DNA of 64,000 nucleotides from Vulcanimicrobiota bacterium (GTDB lineage Bacteria; Vulcanimicrobiota; Xenobia; Xenobiales; QWHO01): NCBI GenBank assembly GCA_963169765.1, contig CAUJEN010000043.1, positions 20,164 to 84,163 of the forward strand, read 5' to 3'. Shown piece by piece: positions 1 to 8,293 of this stretch (position 1 is its first letter; each line of letters starts with the position of its first letter). The notes under the pieces were generated by a model. It saw only the letters and a program-made list of their open reading frames with translations, ran no database searches and was not told where the DNA came from. The position numbers and the translations under genes were made by a program.

Positions 1-1
1 G

Positions 2-424
2 GCCCGGGGCAACTCGCGGGTGCTGCCCGGCATGACGGTGCGGGTGGGAGGGCGCGAGGTCGAGCTGGGCCGCGAGGGTGTTCGCGCGGGTGACTACCAG
101 GTGCGCCTGGCTCAGGGCGATGAGCTTACCGGCGCGGTCGGCCTGGAGAGCGAGGGGCGCGGCTACCTGGCCCTGGGCACCCGTCAGGGCCAGGTGCTGT
201 GGTGCGACCTGGAGGCCGGCGTGGAGCGATTTTCTCTGGGCTCGGAGGTGCGCGAGCTGGTGCAGGGCGATGGGCGGCTCTTTGCGGTGGGCAGCGAGGG
301 TCAGGTGGGGGTGCTGGTGACCCCGGGCCTGGGTCAGGCCGACGGCCGCTCCGCGGGCGTTCGCGAGGAGGCGGAGGCGGTGGTCATCGGCTCGGTGCGG
401 GTGCCGCGTCGGTCTGCCGGTTAG
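2..424 (+). CDS. C-terminal fragment of a hypothetical protein (gene starts upstream of window)
   Basis: Frame open from position 2 to a stop at 424. Protein-like Gly/Val/Glu-rich repeats; no recognisable family motif. Confidence 0.3.
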   Translation, partial: ARGNSRVLPGMTVRVGGREVELGREGVRAGDYQVRLAQGDELTGAVGLESEGRGYLALGTRQGQVLWCDLEAGVERFSLGSEVRELVQGDGRLFAVGSEGQVGVLVTPGLGQADGRSAGVREEAEAVVIGSVRVPRRSAG

Positions 425-514
425 CTTAGGTTGCCCGGGCGTGGGCGTGGAGCCTGGCGCGTAGAGCTGGTCCCGGGCGTGAGCGTGGAGCCTGGGCAGC
501 AAGACGCGCAGAGC

Positions 515-1192
515 TCACCACCAACTCGGCTGAAATCGCTCGGCCACGGCCAGCCAGAGCTGCTCCTCGCCGTCCTGGTCCTCCAGGCTCCAGCAGGCGG
601 CCAGCACCGCCTGGGCATAGGCCCAGCCCTGCAATCGCTCGCGCTCGAAGCCCAGATCCTCGGCCAGCATCGCGATCCTCCTGTGCAGATCGAGCCTGAG
701 CACGCGCTCGCGGGGATTGCGCAGCAGGGCTCCCACCTCGTAGGCCGGCTCGCCCACCACCCCCTGCGGGTCGATGGCCAGCCAGCCGCGCTCTTGCGAC
801 CAGAGGATGTTGTGCTGGTGCAGGTCGCCGTGCAGCAGCACGGGCTCGGACTGGGAGGCCAGCAGCTCACGGTAGATGCCTTCGGCGCGGTCGCTCTCGA
901 GGCGCACGCGGGAGAACCCTCTGGCCCAGTCGTGCAGGCTGGGAAAGCCCTCGGGCGGGGGAGGTCGCCAGAACGTGCGCATCACTCTCGCCGCCAGGCG
1001 CGTGGCTGTGTCGTCCTCGAGCTCGGCCAGGGGAGTGCCCGGGGCCAGCTCCTCCAGGACCAGGAGATCGGGCTCCTCGGCCAGCAGGCGCACCATCCCC
1101 ACCCCGTCGCACCAGCGCAGCATCGCCGCCTCGGCCGGCCCCGGGCCGTGCTTGAGCACAACGCCTTCTCTTCGCTGGATCCGGAAGTTCAC
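515..1192 (-). CDS. Aminoglycoside/streptomycin-type phosphotransferase (APH family kinase)
   Basis: Motifs 'LLHGDLHQHNIL' (catalytic loop with HGDxxxxN) and 'WLAIDP' (DFG-equivalent), typical of the APH/streptomycin 6-kinase family. 225 aa with clean ATG. Confidence 0.8.
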   Translation of the reverse strand: MNFRIQRREGVVLKHGPGPAEAAMLRWCDGVGMVRLLAEEPDLLVLEELAPGTPLAELEDDTATRLAARVMRTFWRPPPPEGFPSLHDWARGFSRVRLESDRAEGIYRELLASQSEPVLLHGDLHQHNILWSQERGWLAIDPQGVVGEPAYEVGALLRNPRERVLRLDLHRRIAMLAEDLGFERERLQGWAYAQAVLAACWSLEDQDGEEQLWLAVAERFQPSWW

Positions 1193-1236
1193 AGGCGCGC
1201 AACCCTTTCGAGCGGTGTTGGTGGCATTGTAGCGGC

Positions 1237-1854
1237 ATGCAGATTCAGTCCGTGGCTTTGCCCCTGGCCTCGTCGCGGTCTCGTCCTTCCGAGCCCGAGC
1301 CCGAGCCCGGACTGAGCGGGAAGGACCTGGTCGATGCCGGCGTGCGGGGCGGGATCGCTTACGGGATCGGCATTGGCTACCCCAGCGTCTGGCTGCACGA
1401 GATGGGCCACGCGGTGACCGCCAGTGCGCTTTACCAGGGAGCCAACCCCCGCATCGAGGTCACGCCCTGGCAAGGTGGCGTGACCTACTGGCGCCCCGGC
1501 CCTTTGACCGAGCTGGGTCAGGAGCTCGGCCCCACCTACGCCCGCGCCGCCGTCTCCGCGGCCGGCACAGTAGTGGACGTGGGCCTGGCCACCACCACCT
1601 TCGCGGCCGGCTACATGATGCGCCACAAGCGTCCCGTGCTGGGCAGCGTGCTGATGGGCTACGCCGGCTTCACGATGGTGAACACGGTGGCCTACGCCCT
1701 CTCGGCCCTGGGCACCGCCAGGGCCGGAAACGACTTCGCCACCATCGCCACCATGACGGGCATTCATCCCCTGATCACTGCTGGAGTGCTGGCCGCGATC
1801 CTGCCGGCCGAGTACCTGCTGTTGCGCCACCTGGAGAAGAAGGGAATCCTGTAA
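1237..1854 (+). CDS. HExxH zinc-metalloprotease-like integral membrane protein (M50B-like)
   Basis: 'LHEMGHAV' HExxH motif embedded in multiple hydrophobic helices. Start uncertain. Confidence 0.5.
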   Translation: MQIQSVALPLASSRSRPSEPEPEPGLSGKDLVDAGVRGGIAYGIGIGYPSVWLHEMGHAVTASALYQGANPRIEVTPWQGGVTYWRPGPLTELGQELGPTYARAAVSAAGTVVDVGLATTTFAAGYMMRHKRPVLGSVLMGYAGFTMVNTVAYALSALGTARAGNDFATIATMTGIHPLITAGVLAAILPAEYLLLRHLEKKGIL

Positions 1855-1900
1855 GCGCAGCCTTGCGATGCTCGCGCGAGCGAGGTCTTCGCGCACGGAG

Positions 1901-2317
1901 TTACCGGAATGGGTTACGAATCTGGAGGCCCTGAACGGTCCAGCCATCCTGCAGGTCTTCCGTCCAGAGAGTGATGGCTCTGGTTTGCAGGGCGGCTCGC
2001 ACGATCAGCGCGTCCCAAAAGGAAATGCTGGCGCTCTGGCTGAGGTCCACCGCCGCCAGGACGTCGGCCAACCCGGGAGACACCAGGGTCCATCTTCCCA
2101 GATTTCGCACTCGCGCCCGGGCGGCCTCAGGAGGAAGCGGGCGCTTGATCTTTCGCGTCAGGGTCACGTAGAGCTCCTGCAATACCTGGGTGCTCAGGGC
2201 GCCCTGCCGTTCACTCCAGAGTCGGGCTACCAGGCTCCGAGCCTTTCCATGCTTCGGGCCGGCCGTCTTGTCGTACGCGTAGACGAGGATGTTGGTGTCG
2301 AGGAACTCAACGCTCAT
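1901..2317 (-). CDS. vapC: PIN-domain toxin VapC (type II TA)
   Basis: N-terminus 'FLDTNILVYAYD' is the classic VapC acidic motif. 138 aa. Overlaps the upstream antitoxin ORF by 11 nt. Confidence 0.85.
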   Translation of the reverse strand: MSVEFLDTNILVYAYDKTAGPKHGKARSLVARLWSERQGALSTQVLQELYVTLTRKIKRPLPPEAARARVRNLGRWTLVSPGLADVLAAVDLSQSASISFWDALIVRAALQTRAITLWTEDLQDGWTVQGLQIRNPFR

Positions 2318-2603
2318 GAAGCTCGTCCCGCGACCAGGAGATGCGACCGCGGGTTCCCAGATCGAGCCCTTCGTCCATGAGCTTCAACTCTTCTTCCATG
2401 GCTTCTTCGTAGCCGGCGCCCCGGGCAACCAACTGCTCCAGAGCTTCGATCATCAGGCCCGACAAGGAAGTCCCCTGGTCCACCGCCAGGCGCTTGGCGC
2501 TGCGGATGAGCCCAGCCGGCATCGACAACGTAACGTTTCTCTTTTCCCCCATGGATTTGTGTGGCACATGTTTCAGTGTAACTTCGAGACCAGCGTCGGT
2601 CAA
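2307..2603 (-). CDS. vapB: VapB-type antitoxin (ribbon-helix-helix/CopG-like)
   Basis: Small ORF immediately upstream of and overlapping vapC. 'KRNVTLSMPAGLIRSAKRLAVDQGTSLSGLMIEALEQL' is an RHH-like fold. The real start may be the internal Met at ~2552. Confidence 0.6.
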   Translation of the reverse strand: MTDAGLEVTLKHVPHKSMGEKRNVTLSMPAGLIRSAKRLAVDQGTSLSGLMIEALEQLVARGAGYEEAMEEELKLMDEGLDLGTRGRISWSRDELHER

Positions 2604-2954
2604 GCTCTACTGGTCAAGAGGAACTGGTCCTTCTGCTTGGATCAGCTTGATGGCAAGCTCGGATCGGTTGGCCTGGAACTCCCGGCGGCGAAATGGTTGC
2701 GCCTTGCCGTACGCCTATCGCCATCCAGGCTCCCGAGGGCTCTCTGCTGAGGAGCTTGCGCGCCATCTTAAGGAAAGATCCAGGTCGCTCGGCACGGACA
2801 GAACCTCTCCTCCCCCCTTCGCGAGCTCCGCGGCTCAAAAGGGGTGGGAACGAGTCTCAGACGAAGCACCATGCAACAGGTCATTTGTCTGGCGCTTCAC
2901 GCTCGCGAGAGCCCACCCGCAGGCCTTCCCTCCCGGCGGCCAGAAGGCAAGACC

Positions 2955-3779
2955 ATGCCTGCTCTCTACCGTTTTGCGCTCACCCAGATCGACGAAGTCG
3001 AGGCGCTGGCGCTCCAGACCGAGCAGTTGGGCTTTGACGGCCTGATGCTCTCGGACAGCCAGAACCTGCAGTCGGATCCCTACGCCTCTCTCACGTTGGC
3101 GGCGCGGTGCAGCCAGAAGCTCACGCTGGGCACAGCGGCCACCAACATCGAGACGCGCCATCCGGCTGTGACGGCCTGCTCGATCGCGACCCTGGATGAG
3201 GTTTCCCAGGGGCGCGCGCTGCTGGGGGTGGGACGGGGCGATACGGCTGTCACCAGGCTGGGCATCAAGCCGCGTCCGCTGCCTGCCTTCGAGGCTGCAC
3301 TGAGAGAATTGCAGGCCTACCTGCGAGGGGAGACGGTGGGCCCGAGCCCGATCGTCTGGCTGGCGGGTCGGCGCAAGGTGCCCCTCTCGCTCTTTGCCTC
3401 GGGGCCGCGCGCCATCGCGGTGGGAGCGGCTTGCGCCGAGCAGATCACCCTGGCGGTTGGGGCTGAGCCGACCTGGGTGGCCTGGGGCAAGAAGCTGGCG
3501 GGCTCGACCCCGGTGGGGCTGGTCGTGCAACTGGGCCTGGGCGCGGGAGGGCGCGAGCTGGTGCGGGGAAACGTCTCGCTCTTTGCGGGGTTCGCGGGGG
3601 CGGCCCGGCGCGTTCCTGGCCTGCTCAGCCCGGAGGACTGCCAGTTGCTCGACCGCGCCGACCTGGCCAGGCTGCTCATGGGACCCTCCTGGCGGTTCCG
3701 GGGAATTGTCGGTGCAGAGAAGTCGGCCTGCGCCCTGGGCCATACCGGGAAATGTGGCGCGCAGCGTTCGGGTGTGTAG
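2955..3779 (+). CDS. LLM-class (luciferase-like) flavin/F420-dependent oxidoreductase
   Basis: 'MPALYRFALTQIDEVEALALQTEQLGFDGLMLSDSQN...' is the typical luciferase-like monooxygenase N-terminus. ATG at 2955 chosen inside the longer ORF 2844..3779. Confidence 0.7.
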   Translation: MPALYRFALTQIDEVEALALQTEQLGFDGLMLSDSQNLQSDPYASLTLAARCSQKLTLGTAATNIETRHPAVTACSIATLDEVSQGRALLGVGRGDTAVTRLGIKPRPLPAFEAALRELQAYLRGETVGPSPIVWLAGRRKVPLSLFASGPRAIAVGAACAEQITLAVGAEPTWVAWGKKLAGSTPVGLVVQLGLGAGGRELVRGNVSLFAGFAGAARRVPGLLSPEDCQLLDRADLARLLMGPSWRFRGIVGAEKSACALGHTGKCGAQRSGV

Positions 3780-3908
3780 ACGCGGAAGGTCTGCGTCCCG
3801 TTCAGCTGACTTCGATAGGGAATCTGCAGAAGCACGGAAACCGTGTTTCCCTCTAGCCCGAACCACCCGTCCGCGAGCCCGACCTGGCGCACCGCCCGAC
3901 CAGCCCGC

Positions 3909-4299
3909 TCACTCTTGCAACAGCTCCAGCGTGAACCCGCCTGCCACCTGCTTGCCGGTGGCGTCTTGCACCAGCCAGTCCTCCACCTGATCGAGCTCGA
4001 CCGTCACCGATTGGCCCTGCCGCGCCGTGCGCACCTCCATCGGGGCGTTCTCCAGCGTGCCGCGCAACGAGCGCTCGTTCAGCTCTTCGACCCGAACCCA
4101 CATCAGCTCGGTGAACTGCCCCTGCGTGAAGGGCACTTTGACCAGGTAACTGTGCCCGGGCTGCCGGCTCTGAAAGGCGGACCGAAACTCGGGCAGGCGC
4201 TGGCGGGCGGTGGCCACGGCCTGCTGCTCTTCCACGGAAACGGAAGGCGGGGCCGGAGCCGAGGGGGCGCACCCCAGCAGAGCCAGCAACAAGAGCCAG
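3909..4299 (-). CDS. Lipoprotein, DUF2314-like
   Basis: GTG start gives 'MIYWLLLLALLGCAPS' (signal peptide + lipobox LLGC). C-terminal 'YLVKVPFTQGQFTELMWVRVEEL' resembles the DUF2314 family. The upstream part of the long ORF (to 4715) is Arg-rich junk. Confidence 0.5.
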
Positions 4300-4303
4300 T
4301 AGA

Positions 4304-4846
4304 TCACGGGCTCGACTTGCGAGGCTGGGCCAATCCGATCACGCCGCAGCCGATGCGGTCGCCCGAGTCTCCGGTGGGCTGCGTCTTCAGGTCGTCGGCC
4401 TTGGCGTGCACGATGACCGAGCGGCCCAGAATGGGGTTCTTGCCCCCGCGCACGGTCACGTCGTGCAGCATCAGCTCCAGGTGAGCCTTGCCCTTTTCGT
4501 CCGCCTCCAGGTTGCCCAGGTCGCCGGCGTGGTGCATCTCGGCGCCGGGGCCGGCGTGCTGGTGTCCTTCGGGATTGTAGTGCGAGCCCGCGCTCTTGGC
4601 GGCGGGATCGGTGCAGTCTCCCCACTCGTGAATGTGGAAACCGTGCTTGGAGTTGGGGGTCAGCCCCTCGATGTCGGCCACCACCTTCACCGTATCGCCG
4701 CTCTGCACGAACCACACCACCCCCTCCGCCTTCTGTCCGGTGGTGGGATGCACGAGTGCCACCGCCCAGTCACCTTCGTCGGCGCGCACCCCGCCGAGCA
4801 GGGTCAACATGGCGGCTCCAGCCAGGATCAGTGAGCGGAACTTCAT
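4304..4846 (-). CDS. sodC: Cu/Zn superoxide dismutase, periplasmic
   Basis: 'GFHIHEWGDC...HYNP...HAGDLGNL...GGKNPILGRSVIVHAKADD...GDSGDRIGCGVI' metal-binding His motifs of SodC. Signal peptide 'MKFRSLILAGAAMLTLLGG'. RBS GAGGAGG upstream of ATG 4846. Confidence 0.85.
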   Translation of the reverse strand: MKFRSLILAGAAMLTLLGGVRADEGDWAVALVHPTTGQKAEGVVWFVQSGDTVKVVADIEGLTPNSKHGFHIHEWGDCTDPAAKSAGSHYNPEGHQHAGPGAEMHHAGDLGNLEADEKGKAHLELMLHDVTVRGGKNPILGRSVIVHAKADDLKTQPTGDSGDRIGCGVIGLAQPRKSSP

Positions 4847-4872
4847 CAGAGGCCTCCTCGAGAGCAGTAAGC

Positions 4873-5631
4873 TCAGGACCGCTTCTCCAGGGCTGCCCGG
4901 AGGCCTTCCGCGAACTCGGGGCGGGCGTAGCTGTCGGCCTGGCAGGAGGCTTCGCGCTCCAGGGCCCGGCTCAGCCCCTCGCGCGGACCGCGCAGGGTGA
5001 TGAGGGTATCGCGCACCGCCTCGGGAGCACCCTTCAGGATGGCCCACGCCAGGCCGCGCGCCAGCTCCAGCACTTTCCCTGGCTCGGAGATCTGGTTGAT
5101 CAGGCCCATGGAGAGCGCCGCAGGCGCATCCACCATGGTTCCCGTCAACAGCAGCTCGCGGGCCGCCCCGTGGCCAACCAGGCGAGGGAGGAACCAGGTC
5201 GATCCCATGCCCGGGTGCAGTCCCAGGCGGGCAAACGGGAAGGAGAAGCGAGCCGCGGGGTCGGCCACGCGCAGGTCGCAGGCCGTGGCCAGCACCATCC
5301 CCGCTCCCACGGCATGGCCGTGCAGGGCGGCGATCAGCGGCACCTCCAGCTCCAGCAGGCCCAGAAAGGAGGCATAGAACTCCAGCATCAGGCGGCGATT
5401 CTCTTCTCGGCCCAGAGAACGCTTGCGCTCCAGCATTGCCAGGTCGCCTCCGGCCGAAAAGGCGCGTCCCTGGCCACAGAGGATCAGGGCCCGAGGTGGG
5501 GCGGCGCCCAGCACGCCCAGCATCTCGCGCATGGCCGCGGCCATCTCCTCGCCCATGGCGTTGAGCCGCTCGGGATCGTTGAAGCGCAGCTCTCCCACTC
5601 CACCCGACTCGGAATAAAGCAGCAAGCTCAT
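4873..5631 (-). CDS. Enoyl-CoA hydratase/isomerase (crotonase family)
   Basis: 'ALILCGQGRAFSAGGDLAM' and 'PLIAALHGHAVGAGMVLATACDLRVA' are crotonase-fold signatures. 252 aa. Confidence 0.85.
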   Translation of the reverse strand: MSLLLYSESGGVGELRFNDPERLNAMGEEMAAAMREMLGVLGAAPPRALILCGQGRAFSAGGDLAMLERKRSLGREENRRLMLEFYASFLGLLELEVPLIAALHGHAVGAGMVLATACDLRVADPAARFSFPFARLGLHPGMGSTWFLPRLVGHGAARELLLTGTMVDAPAALSMGLINQISEPGKVLELARGLAWAILKGAPEAVRDTLITLRGPREGLSRALEREASCQADSYARPEFAEGLRAALEKRS

Positions 5632-5867
5632 GGACTCTCCCGCGGCGGGCTGTCGAACGCCTCGCGGGCAGCTCGCAGCAGCATGATGGCCCGCATCCGG
5701 GCCGCCTGCTCACGCAGCTTCCTGGCCATCTCGCGGGCCTCGCGGCGGGTATCCTCGGTCCAGTTGTGCTTGTCGCCCAGGTCGGCCCAGGCGTCGGCCA
5801 GGTTGGCCAGCTCTTCGAAGCTCAGGCCTTGCAGATGCTCGGGCAGGGGGGATTCGGGGTTCAGCAC
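5628..5867 (-). CDS. Small hypothetical protein
   Basis: 79-aa ORF whose stop overlaps the crotonase start by 4 nt. Charged helical composition; no family recognised. Confidence 0.35.
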   Translation of the reverse strand: MLNPESPLPEHLQGLSFEELANLADAWADLGDKHNWTEDTRREAREMARKLREQAARMRAIMLLRAAREAFDSPPRESP

Positions 5868-5925
5868 GGGCCTATTATCCCACCCGCCTGCAGGGTCGGC
5901 AAGCGGAGTCCGGGAAATCGACAGG

Positions 5926-6393
5926 ATGCTACGTGAGCGGGCCCCTCTGTCTCCCCTTCAAATCGTGCTCGCCTTATGGATCGTCGGCCTGGTGCTCTAC
6001 CTGATGGTGACCCGCATCGACCTGCCCTACCACGTACACGTGGGTCCCCAGGCGGAGGTGGTGTCGCGCAGCCTGGCGGCGGCTCGCAAGGAGGCCCAGC
6101 TCAAAGCGGCCACCAGCCCTCGGGCCCGGGTGACCCTGCGCTTTCGCCCCCGAGGCGGTCCCTACACTCAGTTCGCAGCCGATGAGCAGGTGGTCAAGCT
6201 GCCTCCCGGCACATTCCTGGTCAACACCTACGGCGACATTCCCGCTTCCGACACCCTTGAGCTTGATGAGGACGGCTTTCTGTTCAGTGAGCAGGGCCCC
6301 CTGGCGCGCCTTCGCCTGATGATCGTGAACGGTGACACGCCCTCCATCGGCAGGGTGCTGCAGGAGAGCGGCAAGATGCCTGTGGTGCAATAG
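5926..6393 (+). CDS. Hypothetical membrane-anchored protein
   Basis: ATG 5926 within the long spurious ORF 4756..6393. N-terminal TM helix 'LQIVLALWIVGLVLYLMV', then a soluble domain. Confidence 0.4.
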   Translation: MLRERAPLSPLQIVLALWIVGLVLYLMVTRIDLPYHVHVGPQAEVVSRSLAAARKEAQLKAATSPRARVTLRFRPRGGPYTQFAADEQVVKLPPGTFLVNTYGDIPASDTLELDEDGFLFSEQGPLARLRLMIVNGDTPSIGRVLQESGKMPVVQ

Positions 6394-6442
6394 GTAACAA
6401 TCCTCTAAACTCTCTTGCCCTGCCAGCGGTTACACTGTCTTC

Positions 6443-7084
6443 GTGGCCACCTACACCCTCACGCAGGAAAGCCCGGTGATGAGCCGTCTGCTGCTGGGCC
6501 GCATCCCGGCCGATACCTACGTCAAAGATCGTCTCTTCGTGCCCAACGTGCCTCCGGCCGACAACACTGAGACCGAGGTTTACGAGCAGGCTCCCGAGCT
6601 GGATGCCGGGGGGGGGATCCGCATTCTGCGCAGCACCGAGCAGGTGCAGGCCGAGCCCTATTCACCGGGCCGTCGAGCCCTCGCTTGCGGACTTCTGAGC
6701 GCCGCCACGGCGACCACGGTGGGGGGACTGGCGGGCGGGCTGCCTGGGGCTCTCACCGCCGGCCTGACGGCTCTGACCCTGGGCGGCGCTCTGGGTGGCT
6801 GGAGCGCCCGCAACGACTCCGTCAGCGTGCTGACCCGCGAGGAGAAGGTGACCCTGCCGGTGATGACCGGCTACCGCCGGGCCACTCTGGACGAGCCCTA
6901 CACCAGGGGGAAGGGGCGCCTCCATTACGCTCTGCCCACCATCGAGCACCGCCCGGTGGGGCTGGTGAAGAAGCAGGATCTGACCCACAGCGCCATGAGA
7001 GCGGAAAAGGCGGCCCTTCTCAGCGCCGCCCTCGGAGTAGCCGTGGGTCTGACGGGCTACTTGCCGGTGCCGGTGATCACGTAG
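6443..7084 (+). CDS. Hypothetical protein with central glycine-zipper hydrophobic segment
   Basis: 213-aa ORF. 'ACGLLSAATATTVGGLAGGLPGALTAGLTALTLGGALGG' is a Gly-zipper TM. 3' end overlaps the convergent CHAP gene by 28 nt. Confidence 0.4.
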   Translation: MATYTLTQESPVMSRLLLGRIPADTYVKDRLFVPNVPPADNTETEVYEQAPELDAGGGIRILRSTEQVQAEPYSPGRRALACGLLSAATATTVGGLAGGLPGALTAGLTALTLGGALGGWSARNDSVSVLTREEKVTLPVMTGYRRATLDEPYTRGKGRLHYALPTIEHRPVGLVKKQDLTHSAMRAEKAALLSAALGVAVGLTGYLPVPVIT

Positions 7085-7911
7085 CCGCTGATCTTGCCCG
7101 AGCCGATGTCGTAAGAGTTGCGCTTGACCGAGTCGGAGGAGTTGCCCTCGATGGTGGTCACCTTCCCGCCGTTCACGCTCTCCACGATGCCGATGTGGTC
7201 CACCGTGCCGTCCCCCTCCCAGTCGAACAGGATGGCGTCGCCGGGCTTGGGATTGTACTGACCTCGGTTGCCCCAGATGCCCTTGTTCTGGGCCCAGCTT
7301 TTGATGGTGGGACAGTAGTTGCGGTTGGAGAGCCCGTCCAGGTTGAGCACCCCGTGGTCCTTGAGCAGGTTCATGGCCCAGGCGGCGCACCAGGGTGTGG
7401 AGGCGGGATTGATGCCGCTCTTGCCCGTGACCGACTGAATGGCTGCAGTGTCACGATTCTCGTTCATTCCGATCATGGAGCGGGCTTTGTCCAACATGCC
7501 CTCCACGCCGGGAGCCACCGGGCCGGTGGGAATGGGAGCTCCGCCGCCCCCCGCGTTATTCACCCCTGCGCCGCCGCCTCCCAGGGGACCGCCGCCGTCG
7601 ATGCCCCCGAGCGGGCCACCCCCCCCGAGCGGGCCCCCGCCGCCGAGCAGGCCTTCCATCCCGGGCATCATGCCGTTGCCGGCCATCCGCCCCACCATCA
7701 GACCCATCAGCAGCCCGAACAGATACTGGGTCAGCATCATCTGCTGGTTCATCATTTGCATCAACGGATCCAGGCCGGCCATGGGCGACATCGGATTCAT
7801 CATCAGTCGATTCTGGGCCGCGCCCAGGTTGCCCATCATCGGCCCGCTGCACGCGCAGCACCCTTCGGCATTGAGTCCGCTGGCAGCTTGCAGGGCTAAG
7901 AGTGGATCCAT
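7057..7911 (-). CDS. CHAP-domain peptidoglycan amidase/peptidase with Met-rich and Gly-rich N-terminal regions
   Basis: C-terminus 'WCAAWAMNLL...HIGIVESVNGGKVTTIEGNSSD' gives the Cys...His CHAP catalytic signature. N-terminus 'MMNPMSPMAGLDPLMQMMNQQMM' is Met-rich, followed by (GGGGPL)n repeats. Confidence 0.7.
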   Translation of the reverse strand: MDPLLALQAASGLNAEGCCACSGPMMGNLGAAQNRLMMNPMSPMAGLDPLMQMMNQQMMLTQYLFGLLMGLMVGRMAGNGMMPGMEGLLGGGGPLGGGGPLGGIDGGGPLGGGGAGVNNAGGGGAPIPTGPVAPGVEGMLDKARSMIGMNENRDTAAIQSVTGKSGINPASTPWCAAWAMNLLKDHGVLNLDGLSNRNYCPTIKSWAQNKGIWGNRGQYNPKPGDAILFDWEGDGTVDHIGIVESVNGGKVTTIEGNSSDSVKRNSYDIGSGKISGYVITGTGK

Positions 7912-8293
7912 GGGTCCTCCCGATCGCTCGTCTGGCTTCAGGATAGCCCGGTGCCGCCTATTCGGTCAGGGGGCTTTCTTTGCCAGTTTGTGACCTTGTT
8001 TGCCGACCTGTGAACAGACTCTGTGCATGGATTGCGTGGCATCTGCTTTGCCGGTCCGACAAGCAGGATTGACCAATCGCTCGGCCGCGCTCGATTCGTT
8101 CTGGACGTCGGCGGGGTAGGCGTTGACTATCGGCGCCGGAGCCAGGCCCTCCCAGCATCAGAAGCGGCGCACCCCACGGAGATACTGCTCTCTCGTCGAT
8201 CTGAAAGCACATACTTCCCGGCTCTGGCGTCACAGCCTGCCGCCGCTCGGAACTCTTCAGCCCGAGCGCTCGCCGGGTCGACCACTCCACTTG

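Noticed and set aside
431-1315. 294-aa plus-strand ORF antisense to the APH gene
   Set aside because: No protein-like motifs, Arg/Gly/Pro-rich composition. It is typical GC-driven antisense ORF overlapping a well-supported gene.
3780-3909. Weak hairpin 'ggaaac-cgt-gtttcc' between the convergent LLM oxidoreductase and lipoprotein genes as a terminator
   Set aside because: Only a 6-bp stem with no flanking U/A tract on either strand; too weak to call.
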